From positions 9,939-73,938 of the forward strand of contig CALVNZ010000002.1 of NCBI GenBank assembly GCA_944350115.1: 64,000 nt of DNA, in the 5' to 3' direction. Source of the stretch: an uncultured Clostridia bacterium (GTDB lineage: Bacteria > Bacillota > Clostridia > Christensenellales > UBA1242). Positions within the stretch are counted from its first letter, which is position 1. Each line of letters opens with the position of its first letter. The notes under the pieces are model-generated. The model worked only from the letters and a program-made list of their open reading frames with translations. It was not told the DNA's origin and made no database searches. Positions 27,744-35,821 of this stretch are shown piece by piece. The position numbers were made by a program, and so were the translations under genes.

Positions 27744-29608
27744 AAAAAGTGACCAAAGAAGAAGAGGCTATTGTTAAAAATGTGGTTGAAGACTTTAATA
27801 TGCGTTCACAAGCGCGCAAACCTTTTGAAACACAATGGCAAATGAACATGAATTTTTTTATGGGCAATCAATTTTGTAATATTGGATATGGCGGAAATTT
27901 AGAAGATCAGGAAAAACAATTTTTTTGGGAAGAAAGGCAGATCTTCAACCATATTGCACCACTTGTGGAAGTTAGACTGGCAAAACTTGCCCAAGTCAAA
28001 CCTAAGGCGACTGTGCTTCCAGCATCAAATGATGAAAGAGATGTTTACACTGCAAAAGTTTCTAAAAAAATATTAGATTCTATTACAGCTAAATTAAATT
28101 TATCTCAAAAAATTAATGAAGCAATGCAATGGAGTGAAATTTGCGGAACAGCTTTTTATAAAATTTCTTGGAACCCAAAACTTGGGCAAATTGTGGCAAT
28201 GGAAGATGGCACGCCATTAAGAAGCGGAGAGGTTGAAATCACCGTTTGTTCACCATTTGAAATTTATCCTGACAGCCCAACTTGTTCTGACATTGACAAG
28301 TGCCAAAGCATAATTCATGCTCGTGCAGTCAGTGTTAAGCAAATTAAAGACATTTATGGAATTGATATCGCTGGGCAAGACATCAACATCTTTTCATTAA
28401 GTGCGACTAGTGTTGGTTTTGGAGGACTAGGATATTCAAGTTCTGCGCCAAAAATTTGCCAAGGAATCAAAAAAGATAGTGCTCTTGTGATTGAAAGATA
28501 TGAAAAACCAAGTGCTGAACGCGAAAATGGCAGATTGACCATTGTTGTTGGTGACAGACTTTTCTTTGACGGAGATCTTCCTTATGCAGTTGGCAAGGAC
28601 GGAACAAGAGATTTCCCATTTGTCAAACAGACAAGTCTTGCACAAATTGGAAGCTTTTGGGGAAATTGTATTATTGACAGACTTATTCCTATTCAAAGAG
28701 CATACAATGCGGTCAAAAACAGAAAATATGAATTTTTAAACAGACTTACTATGGGTGTTTTAAAGGTCGAAGATGGCTCTATTGATATTGAAAATTTGGA
28801 AGACGAAGGGTTGTGCCCTGGCAAAATTTTGGTTTACAGACAAGGTTCAACTGCTCCACAATTTTTGGATAGCGACAATATTTCAAGCGATTTTGAAAAA
28901 GAAGAAAACATGCTTTTAGATGAGTTTAGAAATGTTAGTGGTGTGAGCGAAGTCCTCGATACAGACTATATTTCAACAAATTTATCAGGCGTTTCTTTGG
29001 AACTTATGCTTGAACAAGATGAACTTAGGTTAAAACCAACAGCAGAAAATGTTAAACAATGTTTAAAGGTAATCAGTCAAATAATTTTAAGACTTTACAA
29101 ACAATTTGCACTTATTCCAAGACTTGCAAGAATAGTTGGAGACAGGGGTGATGTTGAAATGTTTTACTTTAATTCTAATGATATTTCAAGTGACGACATT
29201 GAACTTGAAACTGAAAATGAATTAGGGGAAAGCATTGCAAGCAGGAGACAAATGGTTTTTGATTTATTGAATGCAGGCCTTTTGCAAGACGAAAATGGCA
29301 AACTTAGTGCTAGAATGAAAGTCAAAGTTCTTGAACTTTTAGGTTTGGGCATTTGGGAAAATGCACAGGATCAAAATGAGTTGCATTTAAAAAAGGCTGA
29401 AAACGAAAATCTTGAAATGATGAATGGCAAGGAATCAAAAGTTTTGGAGATTGATGAACATTCTTTGCACATTGACAAACACGTCGCATTTATGCTTGGT
29501 GGAGATTATGAAGAAAAAAGACTTTTAGATCCTGAAATCGAGAATCGATTTTTAAACCATATAAGGCAACATAAAAAATCTTTAAAGGAGGAAAAAATTG
29601 ATGAATGA
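27740..29608 (+). CDS. Phage portal protein
   Basis: 622 aa. N-terminal FETQWQMNMNFFMGNQF and GTAFYKISWNP...GEVEITVCSPFEIYPDS match generic portal patterns. Its position is upstream of scaffold and capsid. AAGGAGG RBS. Confidence 0.8.
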   Translation: MKKVTKEEEAIVKNVVEDFNMRSQARKPFETQWQMNMNFFMGNQFCNIGYGGNLEDQEKQFFWEERQIFNHIAPLVEVRLAKLAQVKPKATVLPASNDERDVYTAKVSKKILDSITAKLNLSQKINEAMQWSEICGTAFYKISWNPKLGQIVAMEDGTPLRSGEVEITVCSPFEIYPDSPTCSDIDKCQSIIHARAVSVKQIKDIYGIDIAGQDINIFSLSATSVGFGGLGYSSSAPKICQGIKKDSALVIERYEKPSAERENGRLTIVVGDRLFFDGDLPYAVGKDGTRDFPFVKQTSLAQIGSFWGNCIIDRLIPIQRAYNAVKNRKYEFLNRLTMGVLKVEDGSIDIENLEDEGLCPGKILVYRQGSTAPQFLDSDNISSDFEKEENMLLDEFRNVSGVSEVLDTDYISTNLSGVSLELMLEQDELRLKPTAENVKQCLKVISQIILRLYKQFALIPRLARIVGDRGDVEMFYFNSNDISSDDIELETENELGESIASRRQMVFDLLNAGLLQDENGKLSARMKVKVLELLGLGIWENAQDQNELHLKKAENENLEMMNGKESKVLEIDEHSLHIDKHVAFMLGGDYEEKRLLDPEIENRFLNHIRQHKKSLKEEKIDE

Positions 29609-30221
29609 GCAAGAAACTTGGGAACAACCACAAGATGAGCAGGCAAATGCCACACATGAGGCGATTGAAGAGAGTGCCGGTAGCGATGAAAGTGGCTCCC
29701 ATGAAAACAAGGGTGAATTTGGCAAATTTAAGTCTGCTGAAGCATTGCTTTCAGCTTACAACTCTTTGCAGGCTGAATTTACTCGAAAAAGCCAACGCCT
29801 TAGTGAAATTGAGAAAGAAAAAACGCAAGCAACAACCACTTTTAGTGAACAGGATGTTGAAAGCGAATTGAATGCGTTCCTTTCAGAGAATAGCGAAGCG
29901 AAGCCTTTTGCTGATGAGCTTAAAGAAATGGCTTTAACGCAACAGGCGAAACCCGAATTTGACAAACTTTTTGCAAGTTTGGCTGTTTCAAAGCTTGCAA
30001 GCGGTCAGTCAAAAAAGGATAATCCAATAATAAAAAAATATGTTTTTCAAGATGAAGAACTAAAAAATTTTGTGATCGAAAATTATATGAAACAACTAAA
30101 CGAAAAGAAACCACCGATTGTCATAAGCAGTGATATAGGAGAGAGAGCGACTGGGCAAACCCCAGCCTCTCCAAAATCACTGGCTGAGGCTAAAAAAATG
30201 GTGGAAGACATGTTTAGTTAA
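29601..30221 (+). CDS. Phage scaffolding protein
   Basis: Acidic N-terminus, a helical FKSAEALLSAYNSLQAEFTRKSQRLSEIEKE segment typical of scaffold proteins, and a location between portal and capsid. Confidence 0.65.
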   Translation: MNEQETWEQPQDEQANATHEAIEESAGSDESGSHENKGEFGKFKSAEALLSAYNSLQAEFTRKSQRLSEIEKEKTQATTTFSEQDVESELNAFLSENSEAKPFADELKEMALTQQAKPEFDKLFASLAVSKLASGQSKKDNPIIKKYVFQDEELKNFVIENYMKQLNEKKPPIVISSDIGERATGQTPASPKSLAEAKKMVEDMFS

Positions 30222-30240
30222 AAATTAGGAGGAAAAAGTA

Positions 30241-31401
30241 ATGGTAACTTTACAAAACGCAGACAACGCGTTAAAAACAGTTTATTTGGGAGTTATTGCA
30301 AACCAACTTAATGTTTCTGCTAATCCTCTTTTGACTCAAATCAAAAGAACGTCAAAAGATGTTTGGGGAAAAGAAATTAGAAAAGCAGCTCCTTACGGAC
30401 TTAATGGTGGTGTTGGAGCAGGTGATGAAATAGGTGCTCTTCCAGGTGCAGCAGGAAACAATTATGTTCAATTTGTTGCTCAATTAAAAAATCTTTATGG
30501 AAAAATTGAAATTTCTGACAAAGCTATCAGAGCTTCTGCAAACAATGCAGGCGCTTTTGTAAATCTTTTGCAAGATGAAATGGAAGGACTTGTTAAAGCA
30601 AGCACATTTAACCTTGGGAGAATGCTTTATGGAGATGGAACTGGTTTGCTTGCTACATGCAGTGGTATTGCTGATGGTGTTATTTCTTGTGATAAAGTGA
30701 ACAATCTTGTTGAAGGAATGATGGTTGACATTCTTGATGGATTAATTCCAATTATGACAAGAGCTAGAATTACTTACGTTGACAGAGAAAACAAACAATT
30801 CTGTGTTGATAAAACGATTGCTTCAATTAATGAAGGAGCTGGCGTTTATGTTCAAGGTTCAAGCAATAAAGAAATCACAGGTCTTGGAGCAATTTTTTCA
30901 GATTCTGAAACTCTTTATGGTTTAAAAAGAGCTGATTATAAATGGTTAAAACCATACAGCAAAAATGTTGGCGGAGAAATCACTGACATTATAGTTCAAT
31001 CTGCTATTGACCATTTGGAAGAGAATGCAGATTCAAAAGTAAACTTTATATCTTGTTCAGCACCAGTTCGCAGAGCTTATCAAGCTTATCTTGCAGCTTA
31101 TAGAACTAACGTTGATGTTATGAATCTTGAAGGCGGATTTAAAGCTATTTCTTACAATGGTATTCCACTTGTAACAGATAGATTTGTTGATCCAGACACA
31201 ATGTACTTATTAAACACAAACGATTTTACTTTGCATGAATTATGCGATTGGAAATGGCTTGAAGGAGAAGGCGGAAGCGTTCTTAAACAGATGTCGGGTT
31301 ATGCATGTTACAACGCAACTTTGGTTAAATATGCAGAACTTATTTGTGACAAACCAAATGGACAAGCAAAAATCAGTGGCATTACAACAACTAACGTTTA
31401 A
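30241..31401 (+). CDS. Phage major capsid protein (probable HK97 fold)
   Basis: 386 aa, Gly/Ala-rich. YGKIEISDKAIRAS...LGRMLYGDGTG and the C-terminal part resemble major capsid families. AGGAGG RBS. A hairpin follows the gene. Confidence 0.8.
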   Translation: MVTLQNADNALKTVYLGVIANQLNVSANPLLTQIKRTSKDVWGKEIRKAAPYGLNGGVGAGDEIGALPGAAGNNYVQFVAQLKNLYGKIEISDKAIRASANNAGAFVNLLQDEMEGLVKASTFNLGRMLYGDGTGLLATCSGIADGVISCDKVNNLVEGMMVDILDGLIPIMTRARITYVDRENKQFCVDKTIASINEGAGVYVQGSSNKEITGLGAIFSDSETLYGLKRADYKWLKPYSKNVGGEITDIIVQSAIDHLEENADSKVNFISCSAPVRRAYQAYLAAYRTNVDVMNLEGGFKAISYNGIPLVTDRFVDPDTMYLLNTNDFTLHELCDWKWLEGEGGSVLKQMSGYACYNATLVKYAELICDKPNGQAKISGITTTNV

Positions 31402-31444
31402 TCTTTGTGATCAAGAGTCAAAATTTCTAAAAAAAGAATTAGAT

Positions 31445-31470
31445 GGGGCGTTTTGCCCCTTCTAAAATTT
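31445..31470 (+). terminator. Weak hairpin/attenuator downstream of capsid gene
   Basis: ggggc-gtttt-gcccc stem-loop followed by a T-rich tract. Such partial terminators are common after phage capsid genes. Confidence 0.35.
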
Positions 31471-31481
31471 TAGGAGAAAAC

Positions 31482-31802
31482 ATGAAAAACCAAATTTTGT
31501 TGGAAAGTGATCCTTTTTACATATGTTCACGCATTAAAGAAATAGATGAAAATTATTTCTTTATTTACAATTTTGATAAAAATAGATTTGAACTTCACAA
31601 CAGTTCTCAAAAAGGGTCAACTTTTTCTCTTGCTATTCCTTTTGATGTGTTAGATGAAAGAACGTTGTTTTTAGCTAAAAAATCTAGAATTGAAAACATG
31701 GAAAAAATCATCAAAGAAATGGATGAAGAAAATTTAAAGCGTGAACAAAAATTAAAAAAGCAAGCTTTCGAGCAAATAAAAGAGGTGATATATGATAGTT
31801 AA
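31482..31802 (+). CDS. Hypothetical phage-module protein (106 aa)
   Basis: AGGAG RBS before the ATG at 31482. No recognisable motif. C-terminal charged helix. Confidence 0.55.
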   Translation: MKNQILLESDPFYICSRIKEIDENYFFIYNFDKNRFELHNSSQKGSTFSLAIPFDVLDERTLFLAKKSRIENMEKIIKEMDEENLKREQKLKKQAFEQIKEVIYDS

Positions 31803-32343
31803 TGACACAATAAAGCTTTGTTGTGATTTTGTCAATCTGCCAGAACTCAAAGATTTAGTAGGGACGGAAAATGGAGACGATATTCAAAAAGCCAAACTCA
31901 ATGCAATGTTAAGATGTTTAAACCTAGCTTACGAAGAAATTTGCACTGAATTTTTGCCTATTTTAAAAAAAGAGGCAATTGTTTCTGAAAACGGTGAATT
32001 TTATTTTTCAAATCTTTCAAAGCCTATTAGTTCAATCGTATCACTAAAAACTCCAGAGGGTAAAAACATAAAATATCAAAATTCTTCTGACCATATCAAT
32101 TTTAACGAAGATTGTGCCATTATTGTTTATTCAGTTTTGCCAGAAGAATTAAAATTTGGTGATAGTGATGATGGTGTGATATCTAATCGGGTTTTGGCAT
32201 ATGGGACAGCTCGTGAGTTTTTTCTTATGCAAGCACTTTCTGATGAAGCATTGATTTATGAAAATCGTTTTAAAGAAAGTTTAGAAAACCTTGTTAGAAA
32301 AAAATCTTTATCAAAACTTCCTGTAAACAAATGGTTGATTTAG
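31792..32343 (+). CDS. Hypothetical phage-module protein (183 aa), head-tail adaptor position
   Basis: Overlaps the upstream ORF by 11 nt. Its size and position parallel the T7 gp11-type adaptor, but no sequence motif was recognised. Confidence 0.5.
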   Translation: MIVNDTIKLCCDFVNLPELKDLVGTENGDDIQKAKLNAMLRCLNLAYEEICTEFLPILKKEAIVSENGEFYFSNLSKPISSIVSLKTPEGKNIKYQNSSDHINFNEDCAIIVYSVLPEELKFGDSDDGVISNRVLAYGTAREFFLMQALSDEALIYENRFKESLENLVRKKSLSKLPVNKWLI

Positions 32344-32351
32344 GAGGGCGT

Positions 32352-33827
32352 ATGTTTAACAAAAAAACCCTTAAAACAAAAGAAACTAAAAAAATTCAAG
32401 TGCGTTTTAGTGATTTTTCAAATTGGGAAAATGTTTCTGATTCAAAAAAAGCAGTGACAGATACAAGACAGTGTTTTAATTTCATTGTAAATCGAGGTGA
32501 CTTGGAAGCGGGGTATGGTTTTAAAAAATTAAAATTACCTATTTCAAACACTGATTTGCAAGATGAAGATTTTAATGTTCAAGCTACAGAAGTTTTGGGA
32601 ATGTGGATGACTCCAATTTTTGAAACGCAATCCGAAGTAGACAAATATTACGTTTTTTATATAGATGAAAACAAAAAAGTGTTCTTTTTCAATATTTTTA
32701 GCAGTGACAAGTTTATGTATGAAGAAGAAATTCAATTTAATGAAATTCCTTGTGCAGCAACCTTCAGAATAAACGGGCTTGACACAATTTTGTTTTCTTC
32801 ACCAAGCGACCAAACAGTTGGTGTCAGCGTTGGAGGAGTGAGAACTTTTGACAATATTCCAAAATTTTTGTCGGGGTGTTGGCATGGCAATTATTTCTTT
32901 TTAGTCACAGTCGGAGACAAAAACAACCTAGTTTATTCAACTGAAACGATTGCGAATTGGAATGATGACAATAAATTTGATGTTGAAATTCCAGATGTGA
33001 GAGGAGGACTTAAATTTGTTGTATCTTTTAATGATGACCTATATATTTTCAGAGACTATGGCATCATTAAACTTTCTCTTTATGGAAGTGGTGAAACGAA
33101 ATTTAATTTGCAAAACATTTATTATTCTTCGGCTTATATTTATCCTTCTTCAATAGCAAAAAATGGTGATTACATAATTTTCACCACACAGGACGGAATT
33201 TACACTTTTGATGGCGCAAATGTAAAAAAAGTTGAGTTGCCAGTGGAAAGCCTTTTAAATGAAACTAGAAATTCAACTATTGCGGCAGCTTGCTTTGACA
33301 ATAAATACTTTTTAGCTTGCAAAATAAATTTTGATGATGAAGAACAAATTGGAATTGAAAGTGGAGATTTTTCAAACAACGCAGTTGTTGTTTATGATTT
33401 AATTGACAAAACGACTTCTGTCATTAGAGGAATTGATGTGCGACAATTTTGTGTTATCAACACTCCTTATTTGCAAAAACTTTGTGCAATTTTTAGAGGA
33501 GAACAAAAGGCGTGCATTGGGGAACTGACAAAAGACGGGACATTTTTTGGTGAGGCATTAAAAAAGGTTTGGAAATCTCCTAAAACTGATTTTGGATATG
33601 CAGAAAATCTAAAAAGAATTATGTCTGTGACGGTTAAGCCACACACTGTTTGTCAAATTGTCCTTGAATCTGAAAATGGTGAAAAAGTGACGATAAACTC
33701 CCAAGATTGCGAAACATCTCAAAGATTTATTGTGAACTTGTTAGGCAAAAGTTTTGCGATATCTTTTATTTCTCAATCAGACCAAGCAATTTCAAACCCT
33801 GAATTTGAAGTCAAGGTTGTTTCATGA
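32352..33827 (+). CDS. Hypothetical phage-module protein (491 aa), putative nozzle/tail-tube-like beta-rich protein
   Basis: AGGAGG RBS. Repetitive beta-strand-like segments (YYVFYIDENKKVFFF, NYFFLVTVGDKNNLVY, DLYIFRDYGIIKL, DYIIFTTQDGIYTF, KYFLACKINF, AVVVYDL) suggest a beta-propeller. There is no Walker motif, so it is not a terminase. Confidence 0.5.
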   Translation: MFNKKTLKTKETKKIQVRFSDFSNWENVSDSKKAVTDTRQCFNFIVNRGDLEAGYGFKKLKLPISNTDLQDEDFNVQATEVLGMWMTPIFETQSEVDKYYVFYIDENKKVFFFNIFSSDKFMYEEEIQFNEIPCAATFRINGLDTILFSSPSDQTVGVSVGGVRTFDNIPKFLSGCWHGNYFFLVTVGDKNNLVYSTETIANWNDDNKFDVEIPDVRGGLKFVVSFNDDLYIFRDYGIIKLSLYGSGETKFNLQNIYYSSAYIYPSSIAKNGDYIIFTTQDGIYTFDGANVKKVELPVESLLNETRNSTIAAACFDNKYFLACKINFDDEEQIGIESGDFSNNAVVVYDLIDKTTSVIRGIDVRQFCVINTPYLQKLCAIFRGEQKACIGELTKDGTFFGEALKKVWKSPKTDFGYAENLKRIMSVTVKPHTVCQIVLESENGEKVTINSQDCETSQRFIVNLLGKSFAISFISQSDQAISNPEFEVKVVS

Positions 33828-33892
33828 TTTTGTTTGATCATAAGCATTATTTAACATTAAATAAAATTTCGCTTAAAGGAGAAAGCAGGGCA

Positions 33893-34120
33893 ATGAGTAA
33901 TTTTATTAAAAACTTAAAAAGTGACAAATCGGATTTGATTGAATATGCAAGCGAAGAAGATGTTGAACTTTTTTCCAAACAGAAAAAAGCTTATGACATC
34001 ACTCTTAATTTTTTAAAGCAGTTTGATCGAGAGGTGGCATTAAGTTTTTTAGCGACAAACATGCAACTTCGGGGAGAGCTTGGAATGTTTTATGATTATT
34101 TGCTGGAAGAGTTAAGTTGA
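33893..34120 (+). CDS. Hypothetical small phage-module protein (75 aa)
   Basis: AAGGAG RBS upstream of the ATG at 33893. Helical and acidic. Confidence 0.45.
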   Translation: MSNFIKNLKSDKSDLIEYASEEDVELFSKQKKAYDITLNFLKQFDREVALSFLATNMQLRGELGMFYDYLLEELS

Positions 34121-34374
34121 TGCAAGTTTGGCAAGATGTTGTCAGTGTCATAATAAGCAACGGCATTTTTGCAGTGCTTTTTGTGATATTGTTTTGTTAT
34201 CAATTAAAAGACAGCAAAAATCGCGAAGAAAAATATCAAAAAACTATTGCAGATTTAACTGATCACCTTGGTGTTATTGATGAAATTAAAGAAGATATAA
34301 AGTATTTAAAAGAAAACATAACGCCCAAAAGGAGGAAAAAAGATGAATCTCAAGAGTCTAGTGAAATCTTATAG
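34120..34374 (+). CDS. BhlA/UviB-family holin-like protein
   Basis: A single N-terminal TM helix is followed by a charged coiled segment. GIFAVLFVILFCYQLKDSKNREEKYQKTI parallels the BhlA/UviB pattern G.FA.LF..LLFY..K.SK.RE.K. Confidence 0.7.
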   Translation: MQVWQDVVSVIISNGIFAVLFVILFCYQLKDSKNREEKYQKTIADLTDHLGVIDEIKEDIKYLKENITPKRRKKDESQESSEIL

Positions 34375-34627
34375 TTTTTGGACTGCACTTGCTGGTGCGC
34401 TTGTTATTCTTGTCAATGCTTTGGGAAATATTTTTGGATTCAAGATTGAAGAAAAATTGATAAGTGACATTGTTATGGCTGTTGCGGGGGTGCTTGTTGC
34501 ATTTGGCATCGTAACTTTGCCAGCGTCAACCAAAGAAAAAACGACAAATTCAAGCGAGCAGACAAATGAAGAGAGCGTAGAAACACAACAAGAAATTTCT
34601 GACGAAAATTCTGATGAGGCAGAATAA
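34343..34627 (+). CDS. Phage holin (phiLC3/Phage_holin_1-like)
   Basis: AAGGAGG RBS. Two TM helices (FWTALAGALVILVNALGNIFG and IVMAVAGVLVAFGIVTLP) and a hydrophilic acidic tail. Confidence 0.6.
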   Translation: MNLKSLVKSYSFWTALAGALVILVNALGNIFGFKIEEKLISDIVMAVAGVLVAFGIVTLPASTKEKTTNSSEQTNEESVETQQEISDENSDEAE

Positions 34628-34629
34628 AA

Positions 34630-34659
34630 AAAGAGGGCATTTAATACCCTCTTTTTTTC
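34630..34659 (+). terminator. Rho-independent terminator closing the phage-like module
   Basis: Stem agaggg (34632-34637) pairs with ccctct (34647-34652), followed by a T7 run. Confidence 0.75.
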
Positions 34660-34669
34660 TATGTTGAGT

Positions 34670-34698
34670 TTGACAAAAACAACTTATTATGTTATAAT
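34670..34698 (+). promoter_or_regulatory. Consensus sigma-A promoter
   Basis: TTGACA (34670-34675), exactly 17 nt, TATAAT (34693-34698). Confidence 0.6.
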
Positions 34699-34718
34699 AA
34701 AACATATGGAGGTTGCAA

Positions 34719-35384
34719 ATGATAGGTGGTGTTATGAAATCGGGTGAAGGAAAGTATTCTTTAGCAAAAGGTCAGCTTGCTTATTTTTTAGATGAAGAAG
34801 AATTAGCAAAAATTCAGTATTTTACAATTGCTGACAAAAATAACATCAGCAGGGCAATTATGAAAGGTGGGAAAGAAGTGGCTTACGGGTTTTCACTTAT
34901 GGGCATTTCAGCTAAAAAGGCAAATTTCGACTCAGAAAATGCTCCTGCTGTTGATGAATTGAGAAAAGCACATCGAGAAAAAGTCGAGCAAGATGTTAAA
35001 AATGGAAATCAAGAGTTTGCTAACTTTATTTATAACGCTAGTTTAGGGTGTTTTTATAAAACACAAAAAAATGGCAAAGTAAAATATTATGATTTAAAAG
35101 GTGATGAAATTAAGGACATACTATTATATTCTATCGGATTAAATTCACTTATTACACAAACACCTTTAATTGTAACCAATGGAATTGCAAAAGAAAGGGC
35201 AAGCAAAAACGATGGGTTTAAAAGTTTATTGCAAGCTTATGATACTTATTTTTTGGCGTGTCATGAAACTTCAAGCAAAGTAGATAATTTAAACTGTGAT
35301 TTATATTTGTTAGGGTTGGAGGAAATTTGGGAAAGCCCAAGAAAATTAGAAAAGCCAGATGAAGAGATTGAATTAACTAAATAA
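34719..35384 (+). CDS. Hypothetical protein (221 aa), monocistronic
   Basis: GGAGG lies 6 nt before the ATG at 34719. It has its own promoter and terminator. No recognisable motif. Confidence 0.6.
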   Translation: MIGGVMKSGEGKYSLAKGQLAYFLDEEELAKIQYFTIADKNNISRAIMKGGKEVAYGFSLMGISAKKANFDSENAPAVDELRKAHREKVEQDVKNGNQEFANFIYNASLGCFYKTQKNGKVKYYDLKGDEIKDILLYSIGLNSLITQTPLIVTNGIAKERASKNDGFKSLLQAYDTYFLACHETSSKVDNLNCDLYLLGLEEIWESPRKLEKPDEEIELTK

Positions 35385-35388
35385 AAAA

Positions 35389-35412
35389 AACGGGGTGAAA
35401 CCTCGTTTTTTT
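35389..35412 (+). terminator. Rho-independent terminator
   Basis: cgggg-tgaaa-cctcg hairpin plus a T7 run. Confidence 0.6.
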
Positions 35413-35438
35413 ATTAAAAAAATCGGATCGCTCCGATT
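35413..35438 (-). terminator. rpsT terminator
   Basis: Stem aatcgga pairs with tccgatt, with a T-run on the minus strand. Confidence 0.65.
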
Positions 35439-35450
35439 AGTTTTACATTA

Positions 35451-35720
35451 TTAATTTTGTCTTATTTTATCAAGTTGTTTTGCAAATTTTGATTTTCTTC
35501 TTGCAGCACAATTCATGTGGATCACTCCGTCTGCAACAGCGCAATCCAAAACAGAAGTCACTTCGCTGTAAGCTTTTTCAGCTGTTGCGAGGTCACCAGA
35601 TGCCAATGCAGATTGGAATTTTTTTGTATAAGTAGAAATTTTTGACTTAACAGATTTGTTTTGTGCTCTCTTCTTTTCAATGATCAAAATTCTTTTCTTA
35701 GCGGATTTTATGTTAGCCAT
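35451..35720 (-). CDS. rpsT: 30S ribosomal protein S20
   Basis: MANIKSAKKRILIIEKKRAQNKSVKS... is a canonical S20 N-terminus. A TTGCAT-17-TACAAT promoter lies at 35750-35778 (minus). Confidence 0.96.
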   Translation of the reverse strand: MANIKSAKKRILIIEKKRAQNKSVKSKISTYTKKFQSALASGDLATAEKAYSEVTSVLDCAVADGVIHMNCAARRKSKFAKQLDKIRQN

Positions 35721-35821
35721 TTCTATCTCCTTGTTTAAAGTCTACGGAGATTGTAGCATAATCGTAAGAAAAATGCAAGTAAAAATTTATAAAATTTTTT
35801 ATTTTGTCAAAAAATAAAAGC

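Larger units (their letters stand above)
27150..34660 (+). mobile_element. Phage-derived head/nozzle gene module (terminase-less, integrase-less); defective prophage remnant, satellite, or domesticated particle locus
   Basis: Eleven co-oriented, mostly overlapping ORFs with strong RBSs run from a TerS-like fragment through portal, scaffold and capsid to two holin-like genes. The run ends at a strong terminator (34630-34659). No terL, int, rep, repressor, lysin or att repeats were seen. Confidence 0.65.

Noticed and set aside
34676-34700. TTATGTTATAA resembling the XerD arm of dif (TTATGTTAAAT/TTATGTAAACT), which could have marked a Xer-dependent integration site (IMEX) at the island edge
   Set aside because: The left (XerC) arm and spacer do not match dif. 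The segment is exactly the spacer and -10 of a consensus promoter, and AT-rich chance similarity is likely.
27113-35450. Search by eye for direct repeats (att sites) flanking the phage-like module
   Set aside because: No repeat of about 12 nt or longer is shared between the left (27113-27235) and right (34628-34712, 35385-35450) boundaries. This needs a computational check, but as it stands there is no support for a recent site-specific insertion.
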